From contig NIVC01002041.1 in NCBI GenBank assembly GCA_002269645.1, positions 113,804-177,803 of the forward strand: a DNA stretch of 64,000 nucleotides. The letters are read 5' to 3'. Shown piece by piece: positions 23,738-34,800 of this stretch. Each line of letters starts with the position of its first letter. The first letter of the stretch is position 1. The notes beneath the pieces were generated by a model. It did no database searches and had not been told where the DNA came from. It saw nothing but the letters and a program-made list of their open reading frames with translations. The stretch is from Macrostomum lignano (Eukaryota). The position numbers and the translations under genes were made by a program.

Positions 23738-24774
23738 GATTCGGCAGCCACCGAGCTGTGTTGCAGCTTTGAGTGGCTCCCTTCGCAGATGCGGCAGATG
23801 TGGGCGAAATTGCAGGTGTGTCTGTGACAGCCTTTGTTGCTATTGAACAAGCCGCAGATGACCTGTCCAGCGGATGACAGCTGGCCCCTGCTACGGTGAC
23901 CCTGGACTCCTTGACCGACCGCGACTGGGCCAGCAGCTCGCAGGTTTTTGGGCGCCGTCATATGCTTGATGATGAGGTTCAGATCGGGGCTGTCCCAGTC
24001 GCGCTGTCGCGAGTGCTGCTGCAGCCTCATGTCCTGGTCGTACTGGAGCACCACCTTCCAGTCGTAGCCAGCGTCGATCAGCTCGCCGATGTGGATGTTA
24101 AAGTTGAGGTAGGCGTTCAGACTCTTGCAGTCGGGCTGTCCATCCGTACCGGGCGCCACCAGCTGGCCGGTCTCCAGCAGTCGCTGCATGATCCGCGCGT
24201 TGGCAGCCACCCACTGGCCGAAGTTGACTCCGGACAGGCTCGGCGTTGCGCCTTTCAGAGTCAGGCGACCACGTTCCTGTGTCAGCCATCCTCCCGACTG
24301 CTGCTTCTCGTCCAGAAATTCCGGGATGAGCAGCGCTGATGGGGGCCGCTGGGCTCCGGCCGAATCAAACCTCGGTTGTCGGCTCTGGTCCCCGAACAGG
24401 CTGGCGTAGATGTCCGGCCCTCCTCTGGCCAGCGGGGGCGATGCGGCGCCACTGCGGATCGACTGCACTTCATCCCGCAACTGGGCCTCAGCCTTCTGCA
24501 GTTTAAGCAGCTCGATCCTCTTCTGAGTCTGCCGAATCTGCACTTCTGTGGCCTCCTCCGCTGGCGCAGCCCGGCGCACGTCATCCTCGTCCTGGTCGTC
24601 GTCACCGTCGTCATCGCTGGGAGCTCGTTCGGCCTGGCTTGCAGCGAGCAGGCGGCCTATCAGCTCTTCTTTATTGCCACTTGTAGGTAAGGCCTTCTCG
24701 AGTAAGGCATCTTTGAGAGCCTGCACGGTCATGCTGCCCAACGTAGAGTCCATTGTGAGTGCAGTGCTTGGCAA
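23728..24774 (-). CDS. Gag-like ORF1 of copy 1 (N-terminal SAP domain, C-terminal CCCH/CCHH zinc knuckles)
   Basis: SAP-like MTVQALKDALLEKALPTSGNKEELIGRLL and zinc-knuckle CGLFNSNKGCHRHTCNFAHICRICEGSH. The first ATG is at 24753. Confidence 0.85.
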   Translation of the reverse strand: MPSTALTMDSTLGSMTVQALKDALLEKALPTSGNKEELIGRLLAASQAERAPSDDDGDDDQDEDDVRRAAPAEEATEVQIRQTQKRIELLKLQKAEAQLRDEVQSIRSGAASPPLARGGPDIYASLFGDQSRQPRFDSAGAQRPPSALLIPEFLDEKQQSGGWLTQERGRLTLKGATPSLSGVNFGQWVAANARIMQRLLETGQLVAPGTDGQPDCKSLNAYLNFNIHIGELIDAGYDWKVVLQYDQDMRLQQHSRQRDWDSPDLNLIIKHMTAPKNLRAAGPVAVGQGVQGHRSRGQLSSAGQVICGLFNSNKGCHRHTCNFAHICRICEGSHSKLQHSSVAAESKN

Positions 24775-25493
24775 ATTAGGCAGGCTAAAAATATTTTGCC
24801 AAAATTACGCCGACTCAGCGGCCGCGACGCGTGACTAAATAGCACAGAGCGGGGGGAGGCTGCCCTAAGCCCTGCACGCACGCAGAGCACCAGCACCCCA
24901 CCAACCCACCAAAGCGAGGCCGGGCCGGCGCGGGGGGGGGGTTTAAAACCAGTTAGAGTCAGATACCTGCCTCAAACTGACGTATTAAACCCCAAAAGAC
25001 TAACGCAGAGTAAAAGCAAGTGGCACAAAAGACCGGCAGACGCGGCCCAGAAAGGGAAAACGAACCCCTTAAGCGACGAAATATATTGATTTTGTAATTT
25101 AAAAGAAAAAAATATTTTGCCAAAATTACGCCGACTCAGCGGCCGCGACGCGTGACTAAATAGCACAGAGCGGGGGGAGGCTGCCCTAAGCCCTGCACGC
25201 ACGCAGAGCACCAGCACCCCACCAACCCACCAAAGCGAGGCCGGGCCGGCGCGGGGGGGGGGTTTAAAACCAGTTAGAGTCAGATACCTGCCTCAAACTG
25301 ACGTATTAAACCCCAAAAGACTAACGCAGAGTAAAAGCAAGTGGCACAAAAGACCGGCAGACGCGGCCCAGAAAGGGAAAACGAACCCCAACACCAACAG
25401 AAAGAGGGAGAAGGAGACAAGCGTGTAAAATCAAATCAACGAGCCGCAGAAAAAATTAAACCAAGCCAAAAAAGCCAGGTCCAAGCAATAGCT

Positions 25494-27905
25494 CTAAGAC
25501 TCGTACCTGAGCTCGGGATCTGCTTCAGCCGTCGCAACTCGCTCCGCTCGAGAACTGCGCCAGAGACCGGGGCTCAGCGCGAGCGACGCCTGCTCAAGCA
25601 ACCGGGCCGCCGTTGACTCATTGAGGCAGGCCCTGCGCAGATCTTCCGGCTGCGCCTTGGCCCGGCCGAAGTAGCGCAGCAGAAACAGCAGCATGTGGCG
25701 GGGATGCGTCAGGCAGCGCGACAGCGGGTCGCTCAGCAGCTGCCAGGACCCCGGCATATGGTGAGCTCGAAACTGAAAGTCGTGCCTCAGCGCTGCCAGA
25801 GTGGCCGTTTTGAGCAGGGTCATGACGATCGGGTTGCTGGAGGCACCGCGGTTGATGGTGCCGACCGCCGCGCTGCTGTCGACGTAGCAGGCCACCTTGC
25901 CGCCGGCCAGCTGCTCCTGGAACAGAATGATGGCGAGCAGCGGCAGTACCGTCTCCTTGGCGTTGATGTGCTCGCTCAGGAAGATGCCACCGGCGTCACT
26001 GCAGAAGTCGACGAGGCGGAACTCGCGCTGGCCATCAGAGGTGCTCAGGATCATGCCACCGGCACTGACGCAGGCGTCCGTCTCGACCGCTGCCAGCACT
26101 CGTGCACGCCGCCACAGCTTGTCGGTCGGGAACACTGGGATTGCATGCTGCCAGAACTGCAACTGGGCCAGTAGCTCGCCGCGCACCGGTACTCGATGAT
26201 GCTGATCAGGAATAGCGATGGTTATCTCCAGGAGCGCGCGAAGCAGGGCCTTTGCAGGTTTGGCCACTTTGCAGAACCAGTTCAGTTTGCCGACTAGGTG
26301 CTGAAGGCGACGTTTTTGCAGGCTCTTCGAGTTGGCGCAGTCCTGGAGAAGTTCTCGAAGGCCGTCCATCTTCTTGGCGGGCAGTGACAGCAGGCCAGTC
26401 AATGTGTCGATCTGCACACCCAGGAAAGTGACCGAAGTGGCTGGGCTCTGCGTCTTGGCCCAGTTGATCTCAAAGCCGAGGCGCTGCAGGGTGACCAGCA
26501 GAAAATTGTGCAGCTGCAGGCAGACCTCGTAGTCCCGGGCAGCTATGCAGAAATCGTCGAGGTATGCGATGACGACGAATTTGGACAGATGCGAGAATTG
26601 CCTGTACATAAAGCGCTTGACAGCTTGCGTTAGGCGGTGGAAAATGTTGACTGATGCCGCCGCACCGAATGGGAGTCGCGTGTCAACCAGATAAGTGGGC
26701 TGACCGTCCAGCTCGAACGTCCACCGGAGCCCCGTCGCCTTATAGCAGTCTGGGTGCACCTGAACACTTCGGTAGGCGTGGCGTAGGTCGACCTTGCTGA
26801 TGAACCAGCTTGGTGCCAGCTGCCTGGTGAGATCCTCGACATTGGCAAACTTCATCTTCTGGCGGGGCTTGTACAGATCGTTGAGGCTGTTGCCCTGTGG
26901 CGCGGACGCGTCGTGAATCAGGCGGATGGCGCCGTCTGCCTTCGGGACGGCGCCCAGTGGGCTGATGATGGTCGGCCTGGCGATGCCCAAGTCAGTTGCG
27001 CTGATGTACCGGCCAGCCACGACCTCCTCTCTGATCTGCAGCTCAACGGCATTCCGATTTGCCTCGCAGCGGGCGGATGCATGATTTTCGAGCTGGGATT
27101 CGCTGGTCGGAGCCGCGTCGGTGATGCGAAAGCCATCGCGAATTCCCGCGATCAGAAACTCCGCGTCCGAGTCTCCGAGCAGGACTGGTGTCCAAGCAGC
27201 AGTTAACAGCGGCCAACGTTTTCGGAGTGCAGCCACCGGGCCGGCAACAGGGCCGGCAGCAGGACCGGCAGCAGGGCCGGCGGCAGGGCCGGCGGCAGGG
27301 CCAGCGGCTGGGCCGGCAGCAGGACCGGCGGCAGGGCCGGCGGCGGGCCGGCAGCAGGACCGGCGGCAGGGCCGGCGGCTGGGCCGGCAGCAGGGCCGGC
27401 AGCAGGACCGGCAGCAGGGCCGGCAGCAGGACCGGCAGCAGGGCCGGCAGCAGGGCCGGCAGCAGGGCCGGCAGCAGGGCCGGCAGCAGGACCGGCAGCA
27501 GGGCCGGCAGCAGGACCGGCGGCAGGGCCGGCAGCAGGGCCGGCAGCAGGACCGGCAGCAGGAACGGCAGCAGGACCGGCGGCAGGGCCGGCAGCAGGAC
27601 CGGCAGCAGGGCCGGCAGCAGGACCGGCGGCAGGGCCGGCAGCAGGGCCGGCAGCAGGACCGGCAGCAGGAACGGCAGCAGGGCCGGCAGCAGGGCCGGC
27701 AGCAGGAACGGCAGCAGGGCCGGCAGTAGGGCCGGCAGCAGGGCCGGCGGCAGGGCCGGCGGCAGGGCGAGTGGCAGGGCGAGTGGCATGGCGAGCGGCA
27801 GGGCGAGCGGCAGGGCGAGCGGCAGGGCGAGTGGCAGGTCGAGCGGCAAGGCGAGTGGCAGGGCGAGCGGCAGGGCCAGTGGCAGTGCGAGCAGCTGTCT
27901 CGCAT
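25494..27905 (-). CDS. Pol (RT plus RNase H) of copy 2
   Basis: Same RT and RNase H motifs as copy 1. A 1-bp deletion in the repeat at about 27345 places RT in frame with the upstream MRDS ATG. Confidence 0.88.
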   Translation of the reverse strand: MRDSCSHCHWPCRSPCHSPCRSTCHSPCRSPCRSPCRSPCHSPCHSPCRRPCRRPCCRPYCRPCCRSCCRPCCRPCCRSCCRSCCRPCCRPCRRSCCRPCCRSCCRPCRRSCCRSCCRSCCRPCCRPCRRSCCRPCCRSCCRPCCRPCCRPCCRPCCRSCCRPCCRSCCRPCCRPSRRPCRRSCCRPAAGPAAGPAAGPAAGPAAGPAAGPAAGPAAGPVAGPVAALRKRWPLLTAAWTPVLLGDSDAEFLIAGIRDGFRITDAAPTSESQLENHASARCEANRNAVELQIREEVVAGRYISATDLGIARPTIISPLGAVPKADGAIRLIHDASAPQGNSLNDLYKPRQKMKFANVEDLTRQLAPSWFISKVDLRHAYRSVQVHPDCYKATGLRWTFELDGQPTYLVDTRLPFGAAASVNIFHRLTQAVKRFMYRQFSHLSKFVVIAYLDDFCIAARDYEVCLQLHNFLLVTLQRLGFEINWAKTQSPATSVTFLGVQIDTLTGLLSLPAKKMDGLRELLQDCANSKSLQKRRLQHLVGKLNWFCKVAKPAKALLRALLEITIAIPDQHHRVPVRGELLAQLQFWQHAIPVFPTDKLWRRARVLAAVETDACVSAGGMILSTSDGQREFRLVDFCSDAGGIFLSEHINAKETVLPLLAIILFQEQLAGGKVACYVDSSAAVGTINRGASSNPIVMTLLKTATLAALRHDFQFRAHHMPGSWQLLSDPLSRCLTHPRHMLLFLLRYFGRAKAQPEDLRRACLNESTAARLLEQASLALSPGLWRSSRAERVATAEADPELRYES
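27232..27897. repeat. 12-bp GC-rich coding tandem repeat, copy 2
   Basis: Directly visible. The gag-to-RT spacing is 143 bp longer than in copy 1 (12 units minus 1 bp). Confidence 0.93.
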
Positions 27906-27984
27906 GGAATTAAAATTTTGGACTGTCTATCAGACGCCGTCCGCTTAGGGCTAAAACTGGTGCCGCCGCGACCCGCCTCTTTGC

Positions 27985-29031
27985 TCAGTTTTTTGATTCG
28001 GCAGCCACCGAGCTGTGTTGCAGCTTTGAGTGGCTCCCTTCGCAGATGCGGCAGATGTGGGCGAAATTGCAGGTGTGTCTGTGACAGCCTTTGTTGCTAT
28101 TGAACAAGCCGCAGATGACCTGTCCAGCGGATGACAGCTGGCCCCTGCTACGGTGACCCTGGACTCCTTGACCGACCGCGACTGGGCCAGCAGCTCGCAG
28201 GTTTTTGGGCGCCGTCATATGCTTGATGATGAGGTTCAGATCGGGGCTGTCCCAGTCGCGCTGTCGCGAGTGCTGCTGCAGCCTCATGTCCTGGTCGTAC
28301 TGGAGCACCACCTTCCAGTCGTAGCCAGCGTCGAGCAGCTCGCCGATGTGGATGTTAAAGTTGAGGTAGGCGTTCAGACTCTTGCAGTCGGGCTGTCCAT
28401 CCGTACCGGGCGCCACCAGCTGGCCGGTCTCCAGCAGTCGCTGCATGATCCGCGCGTTGGCAGCCACCCACTGGCCGAAGTTGACTCCGGACAGGCTCGG
28501 CGTTGCGCCTTTCAGAGTCAGGCGACCACGTTCCTGTGTCAGCCATCCTCCCGACTGCTGCCTCTCGTCCAGAAATTCCGGGATGAGCAGCGCTGATGGG
28601 GGCCGCTGGGCTCCGGCCGAATCAAACCTCGGTTGTCGGCTCTGGTCCCCGAACAGGCTGGCGTAGATGTCCGGCCCTCCTCTGGCCAGCGGGGGCGATG
28701 CGGCGCCACTGCGGATCGACTGCACTTCATCCCGCAACTGGGCCTCAGCCTTCTGCAGTTTAAGCAGCTCGATCCTCTTCTGAGTCTGCCGAATCTGCGC
28801 TTCTGTGGCCTCCTCCGCTGGCGCAGCCCGGCGCACGTCATCCTCGTCCTGGTCGTCGTCACCGTCGTCATCGCTGGGAGCTCGTTCGGCCTGGCTTGCA
28901 GCGAGCAGGCGGCCTATCAGCTCTTCTTTATTGCCACTTGTAGGTAAGGCCTTCTCGCGTAAGGCATCTTTGAGGGCCTGCACGGTCATGCTGCCCAACG
29001 TAGAGTCCATTGTGAGTGCAGTGCTTGGCAA
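27985..29031 (-). CDS. Gag-like ORF1 of copy 2 (SAP domain plus zinc knuckles)
   Basis: 348-aa ORF almost identical to 23728-24774. Confidence 0.85.
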   Translation of the reverse strand: MPSTALTMDSTLGSMTVQALKDALREKALPTSGNKEELIGRLLAASQAERAPSDDDGDDDQDEDDVRRAAPAEEATEAQIRQTQKRIELLKLQKAEAQLRDEVQSIRSGAASPPLARGGPDIYASLFGDQSRQPRFDSAGAQRPPSALLIPEFLDERQQSGGWLTQERGRLTLKGATPSLSGVNFGQWVAANARIMQRLLETGQLVAPGTDGQPDCKSLNAYLNFNIHIGELLDAGYDWKVVLQYDQDMRLQQHSRQRDWDSPDLNLIIKHMTAPKNLRAAGPVAVGQGVQGHRSRGQLSSAGQVICGLFNSNKGCHRHTCNFAHICRICEGSHSKLQHSSVAAESKN

Positions 29032-29281
29032 ATTAGGCAGGCTAAAAATATTTTGCCAAAATTACGCCGACTCAGCGGCCGCAACGCGTGACTAAATAGC
29101 ACAGAGCGGGGGGGAGGCTGCCCTAAGCCCTGCACGCACGCAGAGCACCAGCACCCCACCAACCCACCAAAAAGAGGCCGGGCCGGCGCGGGGGGGTTTA
29201 AAACCAGTTAGAGTCAGATACCTGCCTCAAACTGACGTAAAAAATTTCAAATATGAATAATTATATATATATTAATGCATA

Positions 29282-30137
29282 GGGTCATTCCACAAGAGGG
29301 TCTATCATGTTTTTGAAATTTAAGCACTTGTAACTTTTAAAACATATAGATAGAACAAATCTGCAAAAAGCAATATATGTGAAACTTTTGGTTCTATATT
29401 TATTTATTACTTTGATTTATGGAAGTGCTTATCCCTACAGTCCCATACAGATAATTTTAATTTTATTCACACAGATCCATGTTGATAATTTTCAGCTTAT
29501 CCCCACAGCAGATTGGGATAGAGAATCTTAAAATGAATCTGTTAAAATCTGTCTATTTGTTTTCACTGTTTTACAAATCTTCTATTTCAAATAAACTATT
29601 GAATACTAAATAGTATTGAGTAACTTTATTAAAACTTTTTCACCAATCTATGTAGATAAAATTGGAATTATTGACACAACTTAAAGACTTGAATGGTGCA
29701 GTGGCAGCTATTATAATAAGCTACCATGGGGATAAGCTGGAAATTATCGACACAGATCGATGTGGATAAAATCGGAATTATTGACATGGCCTATAGACTT
29801 AAATGGTGGTAGCTATTTCAATAAGCTGCTATGGGGATAAGCTGGAAATTATTGACATGGATCTATATGAATAATTGGAATTATTGGTATAGGACCATGG
29901 GGATAAGCACTTCCTTTATTTATTACTACTTGGTTTTTTATTACCAAACAACTGTTAGCATAGTTTATGCTCTGCTATATGTTTAGTTGTTTTAGAATTC
30001 ACAAGCAGCTATATGAAAAATATAAAACTAAAAGTTTGACACATTGCTTTTTGCAGATTTGTTCTATTTATTATGGTTCAAAAGTTACAAGTGCTTAAAG
30101 TTCAAAATCATGACGGGACCCTCTTGTGGAATGACCC
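29282..30137. mobile_element. Non-autonomous TIR element (MITE) with internal tandem repeats
   Basis: Perfect 21-bp TIR GGGTCATTCCACAAGAGGGTC, extending imperfectly to about 100 bp. ATA lies on both flanks. Internal GGGGATAAGCTGGAAATTAT units recur. Confidence 0.85.
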
Positions 30138-30829
30138 ATATGCCAGTTGCAGGCTTTTATTTTTTCTTTTGCATTGAATATGCCAAGTGTACTAATGAAA
30201 AAAGCCTATTTATGCTAGAAAATTTGGTGAAATCTACTACCTTTTTGACTATAGTATATAGGGGCAAGCTGGTAAGGCAAGGGCAAATAGAGCTAGGTCA
30301 AAAACAAGATAAGATAGAGAGTAGCATTGGTTAATTAGCACAATAGAACTAAGCCACACTGCCTATTTTTGCCAATATTACAATATAAATCTAGATAAAA
30401 ATGACTAAATGACTAAATTAGACCTTGGAATAGACATTAGGACTATTTCAAAGCATTGGGCCATTGGGGCAGATTTTAAGTTTGAGTTTTGGGGAACTAT
30501 GGCATCAAGGCAATTTTTATCTTAAATATTTTTTGGAACATATGCGCCATGATCCTGACTATAGTATAAGGCATAAGAAACATAGATGTATAATAATATA
30601 TAATTGTTATTCTATTACTATATTATTAAGGGCATTCTTTTGTTTCACAATCACCTAGCACTATCCCTATGGGAATTGGGACTTTTGTTATATGATCTCC
30701 CCACAGAGGACAGAAAATTAGGCCTACTCTTAAAATTGAACTTCAAAATGGGACCACTTCTAAGTATATCATTTTAACATAAAATCTTGTGTCTTATAGA
30801 ATTTAGAAGCCTATCTTTATATTCACTTT

Positions 30830-31460
30830 TGTTATGCAATCATTCAAATGGTGAATTTATATGCAGATGATTGCAAGATGAAACCAAAAGAGCTTGTAGA
30901 TTTTGACTTACGATCATACCAATAGTAAAATTGTATTGGAGGGATTGTATGATGAAATGATAGGAAATTGTTGCTATAATAGATGTTTCAACCAAACAAT
31001 TGATTGCAGCCTCTAATATGTCCACAAACCAAAAGCCACCTAGCTCTTTTTGCACACCTTTTCGGGTGCCGCCACTACCCCATGCCCCCTCACTTTCGTC
31101 ATACGATCATCCCTTGGTATAATACAGGTCCAATGAACTGGGGGGGGGGTTGAAAGGTATGACAAAAGTGAGGGGGGGATAGCGCTTATAAATCTTATAA
31201 TGATGAATACAATTTCATTCTTGAACTCTATAGATCATTGATGGAGATTGATGTAGCAATTCATATCCAAAGCTGCCATGAACTGGTATAACTTTGCCAG
31301 GGATGTAATGTGTAATCCATTCACTTTTGTCATACAATCACTCTAATACAATTCTACCAATGCAGTGATTGTAATTCAAAACCTACAAGCTCTTTCAGTT
31401 TTATCTTACAATTATTTATATAACTTCACCATTCAAATGACTGTATGATGAAAGTGAATA
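30830..31460. repeat. Decayed foldback (inverted-repeat) element
   Basis: About 30880-30950 matches the reverse complement of about 31330-31400. An inner hairpin runs CCCCTCACTTTCGTCATAC / GTATGACAAAAGTGAGGGG (about 31086-31175). Confidence 0.55.
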
Positions 31461-34082
31461 TAAACTACATGTTTTTATAACTAATGCTATGCCCACCATC
31501 CTCAAGTTGACTGAAAAGTGAGTTGCAGTGATGAATTAGGTTGACTGGAAAGTGAGTTGCAATAATTTTATTCTTGGAAAATAAATGTGAAACATATTTT
31601 TTTGATAAACTAAAGTGTCTTTTTGACTCTTTTTAATGCGGATTGTAAGACGAAACTTGACCTGCTCAGGGATTATAAAACGAAAGAATGCCCTATTAGG
31701 CCTACTAGGCCCTAGTATACTAAAAGTGGTTTCTGTTTTAATACTTAGACATATGATACCTAGAGATATCTATCTAGGTATATTTTTATTCTATATAGGG
31801 GCCTAATAAAAACTTACTTAGATAAATTACTTAATTAGAAAATAGGCCTACTTCTGAGAAAATTTGGACAAACCAACTTGCCAATTTATACTTGAAAATG
31901 TTTAAGCTCATGAAATAGACTTATAGCTAGCTAGGCGCTAGGGCGGCTAGGCCAAGTGATACTGTAAATCTATTTGTAAGGCCAAGCCACCTGGTTGCAA
32001 TTTGTACCTTTTTTGCTCAAGTGTCAAACTTTGCATCTAAACATTCCAATGATATAAAACTAAAACGTAGATATTGACATTAGGAAAAAAGTTCAAATAT
32101 CGCGAGATTTAATTAGTAGTAGTAGTAGTAGTAGTAAATTTGGCTCAGGCTTAAGGAGCCTGTTATGCCAGTATGATCCGATTTATTTATTCAAAAGGTT
32201 AAATTTTACACAGTTGCTGAAAACGAGTACTACAGCGATATTTGTATTAAGTAAGGTATTTGAAAGGGCGTCAAGAATTTTTTACGTTTTTTTTAGCCGA
32301 TTAACGACTAACGACGGAAGCAGCAAGAATCTAAGCAGGGAAAAATAGAAAATCGATGTTGTAGGCCTATAGCCTATATATGACCTTAATGCAAAACGAT
32401 TCTTCTAAAATGCGATTCAGAAAAGGTAGTTAAATATTATTTAGTCAATATAAAAAATATTTAGTATAATTGAGGATTGTTCTCAATAATAGGCGATTTT
32501 TGTAAAAAGATATAGTATATTAGATGTAGAGCTTTATGGACAAACATACAAACCTTAGAGATTTAGTATATTTCTGGGTAAATCTCAGATTGAAATGTAC
32601 GTAAGTTATAAACAAATTTTTTCTTACATCAGGAATTTCATTGTTAAATTAGAAGCAATTGTACATGAATTTAACTTTCGTTCATAAAAAACTGATTAAA
32701 AAATATTTTTTTAAACTTTTAGTCAGAGTTTATGTTTTTTTGTGGCGATAGCGACCAAAAACGTATTTTTCTGACTTGTATCTTAAGTACGTTTTTTTGT
32801 TTCATAATGTTTTTTTGTGCACGTGTAATATATTTGTCTATGGGAAAATGACAGAAAATATTGGGGAAAACCTTCATCTGTGAGCTTGTGGATGTTTTAC
32901 CGCTGTGTTTTCAATATTTATGAACTTATTTGGCCCTGTCTCGATTGCATGATATTTGTCTACTGTTAAAAAATTCCTGTAAGGTGTAAGTTTTCTGATA
33001 AACAATGCCAACCATTATGATCTTCAGTGATTCATTCTTTCAGATACATTTTAAATATTGTTATTCCATTTTATCTGCGACTGTCAATGCACTGTTACTT
33101 ACTTATGCCTATTGATGTTACATTTAGACTTTTTTCATAAGCACAAAATTTCCTGTAAGGTGTAAGTTTACTCAGCTCATAAGCATGTAAATGTTCCTAA
33201 ATCTTCTAATTATGTAGAAAAATACTAAACAAAGAGTAGTTTTTCATTGCATGTTCTTGTGATTTTACTAAAGAAGTATAGACCTTATTAAGTTCATTAT
33301 ATTGGGTTTTAACCATTTATAGCCAAGTAGCATACTTAAGTAAGCAGTTTTGTTTATGTTTGTGTGAAAATCTGTGATGATTCACTTCTAATGATATTCA
33401 CTTTTGATCTTATGAGTATATCTTGAGCTCTAACGCTCAGTAATCCACAGAAAAATTCTAATTTATTCCTGCCAATCTATTTAGTATGTTCCTCTAATAT
33501 CACCATATTTGAATGCTGTTTTGGCTAGCATAAGCAAAGGACAATAGGTACGGCAGGAACCTTTAGAAATAGATCATATGCTTAGGTCAAAGTAAAAAGA
33601 ATGCTGGTATTGTATATTTTAATTGTATTTAATGACCCCTTAGAAAGCCTTTTTAATTAAGAAGCATATCTAATGCTAGATCCGAAGGAGCAGCGTAATT
33701 CGTTGTACGAGTATATTAAGTTCATTACAAGTAACACTAGCATAGTCTATCTACTTCTATTTGTATTTATTTCTATATGTAGCAGTATATGTTTACCTTG
33801 CAATCTGAATGCCATATATATTATTCTATTTAGTCATTTTCAATTGAACTCTGCTATCTCGGTGTTTACATGCAAAAATAGAAAGTGAGAGTCTATCTGC
33901 CTTTTTGTAAATTTTGGCAATTTTTAATGTTGACATTCTTAAAATTACTACACTTATTTTCTTTAAATTGATACCAGATACCATGAAGATGATTATAACT
34001 CATTCTTATATGGTTTCTGAGATACACAAATTGACTTCAAAATTCAGCTGCTGCAGCACCTGCTCTTTGAGCTGAGCTGTAA

Positions 34083-34800
34083 TTAAATGTCATTCAATAT
34101 ACACAACCAATTTTGACAACTCGTTGCTTTCTCGTCGATAGCGTCGAGAAAGTTGTTGGGCAACGATGACTTGTTGCCAGCTTCCTGACTGTCATCGAGA
34201 TGATGCGGCACCCATCGAACAGTGACGTACTGCAGCCACAGGTCCTCTATGCATTTGAGAGTTTGGTGGATGGTGGATGAAGGAGCTTTACTGAGTTCCG
34301 CCATTTCTTTGCATGTCCATCGCGGATCGATTTCCAGCAGACCACGGATGAGTTTGATGCTGCTCTCGGTCCGCACTTTCCGGGGTCTCCCAGATCTTGG
34401 CTCATTCAGAGTCGAAGTGCAGCCATCTCTTGAAGCGATCATACCTCTTGTACACATCGCGCTGGCAAAGTTCATCCTTGCTGTACGCGTCTACAAGCTG
34501 TAGGTGACTTGTGTAGCTGGCATTCCTCGCAGCCATTCAGATTTAATTTACCACCGCTGCTCTTCCTGCGGTTCATCTCCCAAAACCGAAGAGGGAAAGC
34601 AATGGTGATGACAATCGCGGTGGGGTTATAATAATGCGAGCTAAGAAAGGAGAAAGGTGCAAATACGAGCTAGATAGCTCAAGTGCGCAGGAAACGACTG
34701 CTGCTGGTCGCAGGACAGCTGTGGTAACAGCTGCAGCGACTAGAGCGATGTCTGTGGTAGAAATGGATCGATTGCACGAACTTTTGAGACGCCCCTTGTA
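34083..34800 (-). mobile_element. Truncated mariner relic (5' TIR plus HTH coding fragment)
   Basis: The TIR TACAAGGGGCGTCTCAAAAGTT ends at 34800. The ORF contains LNEPRSGRPRKV...DPRWTCKEMAEL...TVRWVPHHL. Confidence 0.82.

Larger units (their letters stand above)
20866..24984 (-). mobile_element. Ngaro-type (DIRS order) retrotransposon, copy 1, with no tyrosine recombinase ORF
   Basis: Split direct repeats: A1 24787-24984, B1 21192-21275, A2 about 20995-21191, B2 20866-20949. Gag and RT/RNase H lie between A1 and B1. No TSD. Confidence 0.9.
24985..29239 (-). mobile_element. Ngaro-type retrotransposon, copy 2, joined head-to-tail to copy 1, no YR ORF
   Basis: A1 29044-29239, B1 25306-25389, A2 about 25108-25305, B2 24985-25068. 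Nearly identical to copy 1 apart from a few substitutions and a longer 12-bp array. Confidence 0.9.

Noticed and set aside
23007-23846. Plus-strand ORFs (AAGP, RRQG, GSRA repeats) here and at 27121-28103
   Set aside because: They are antisense shadows of a stop-free GC-rich 12-bp repeat, with no independent coding signal.
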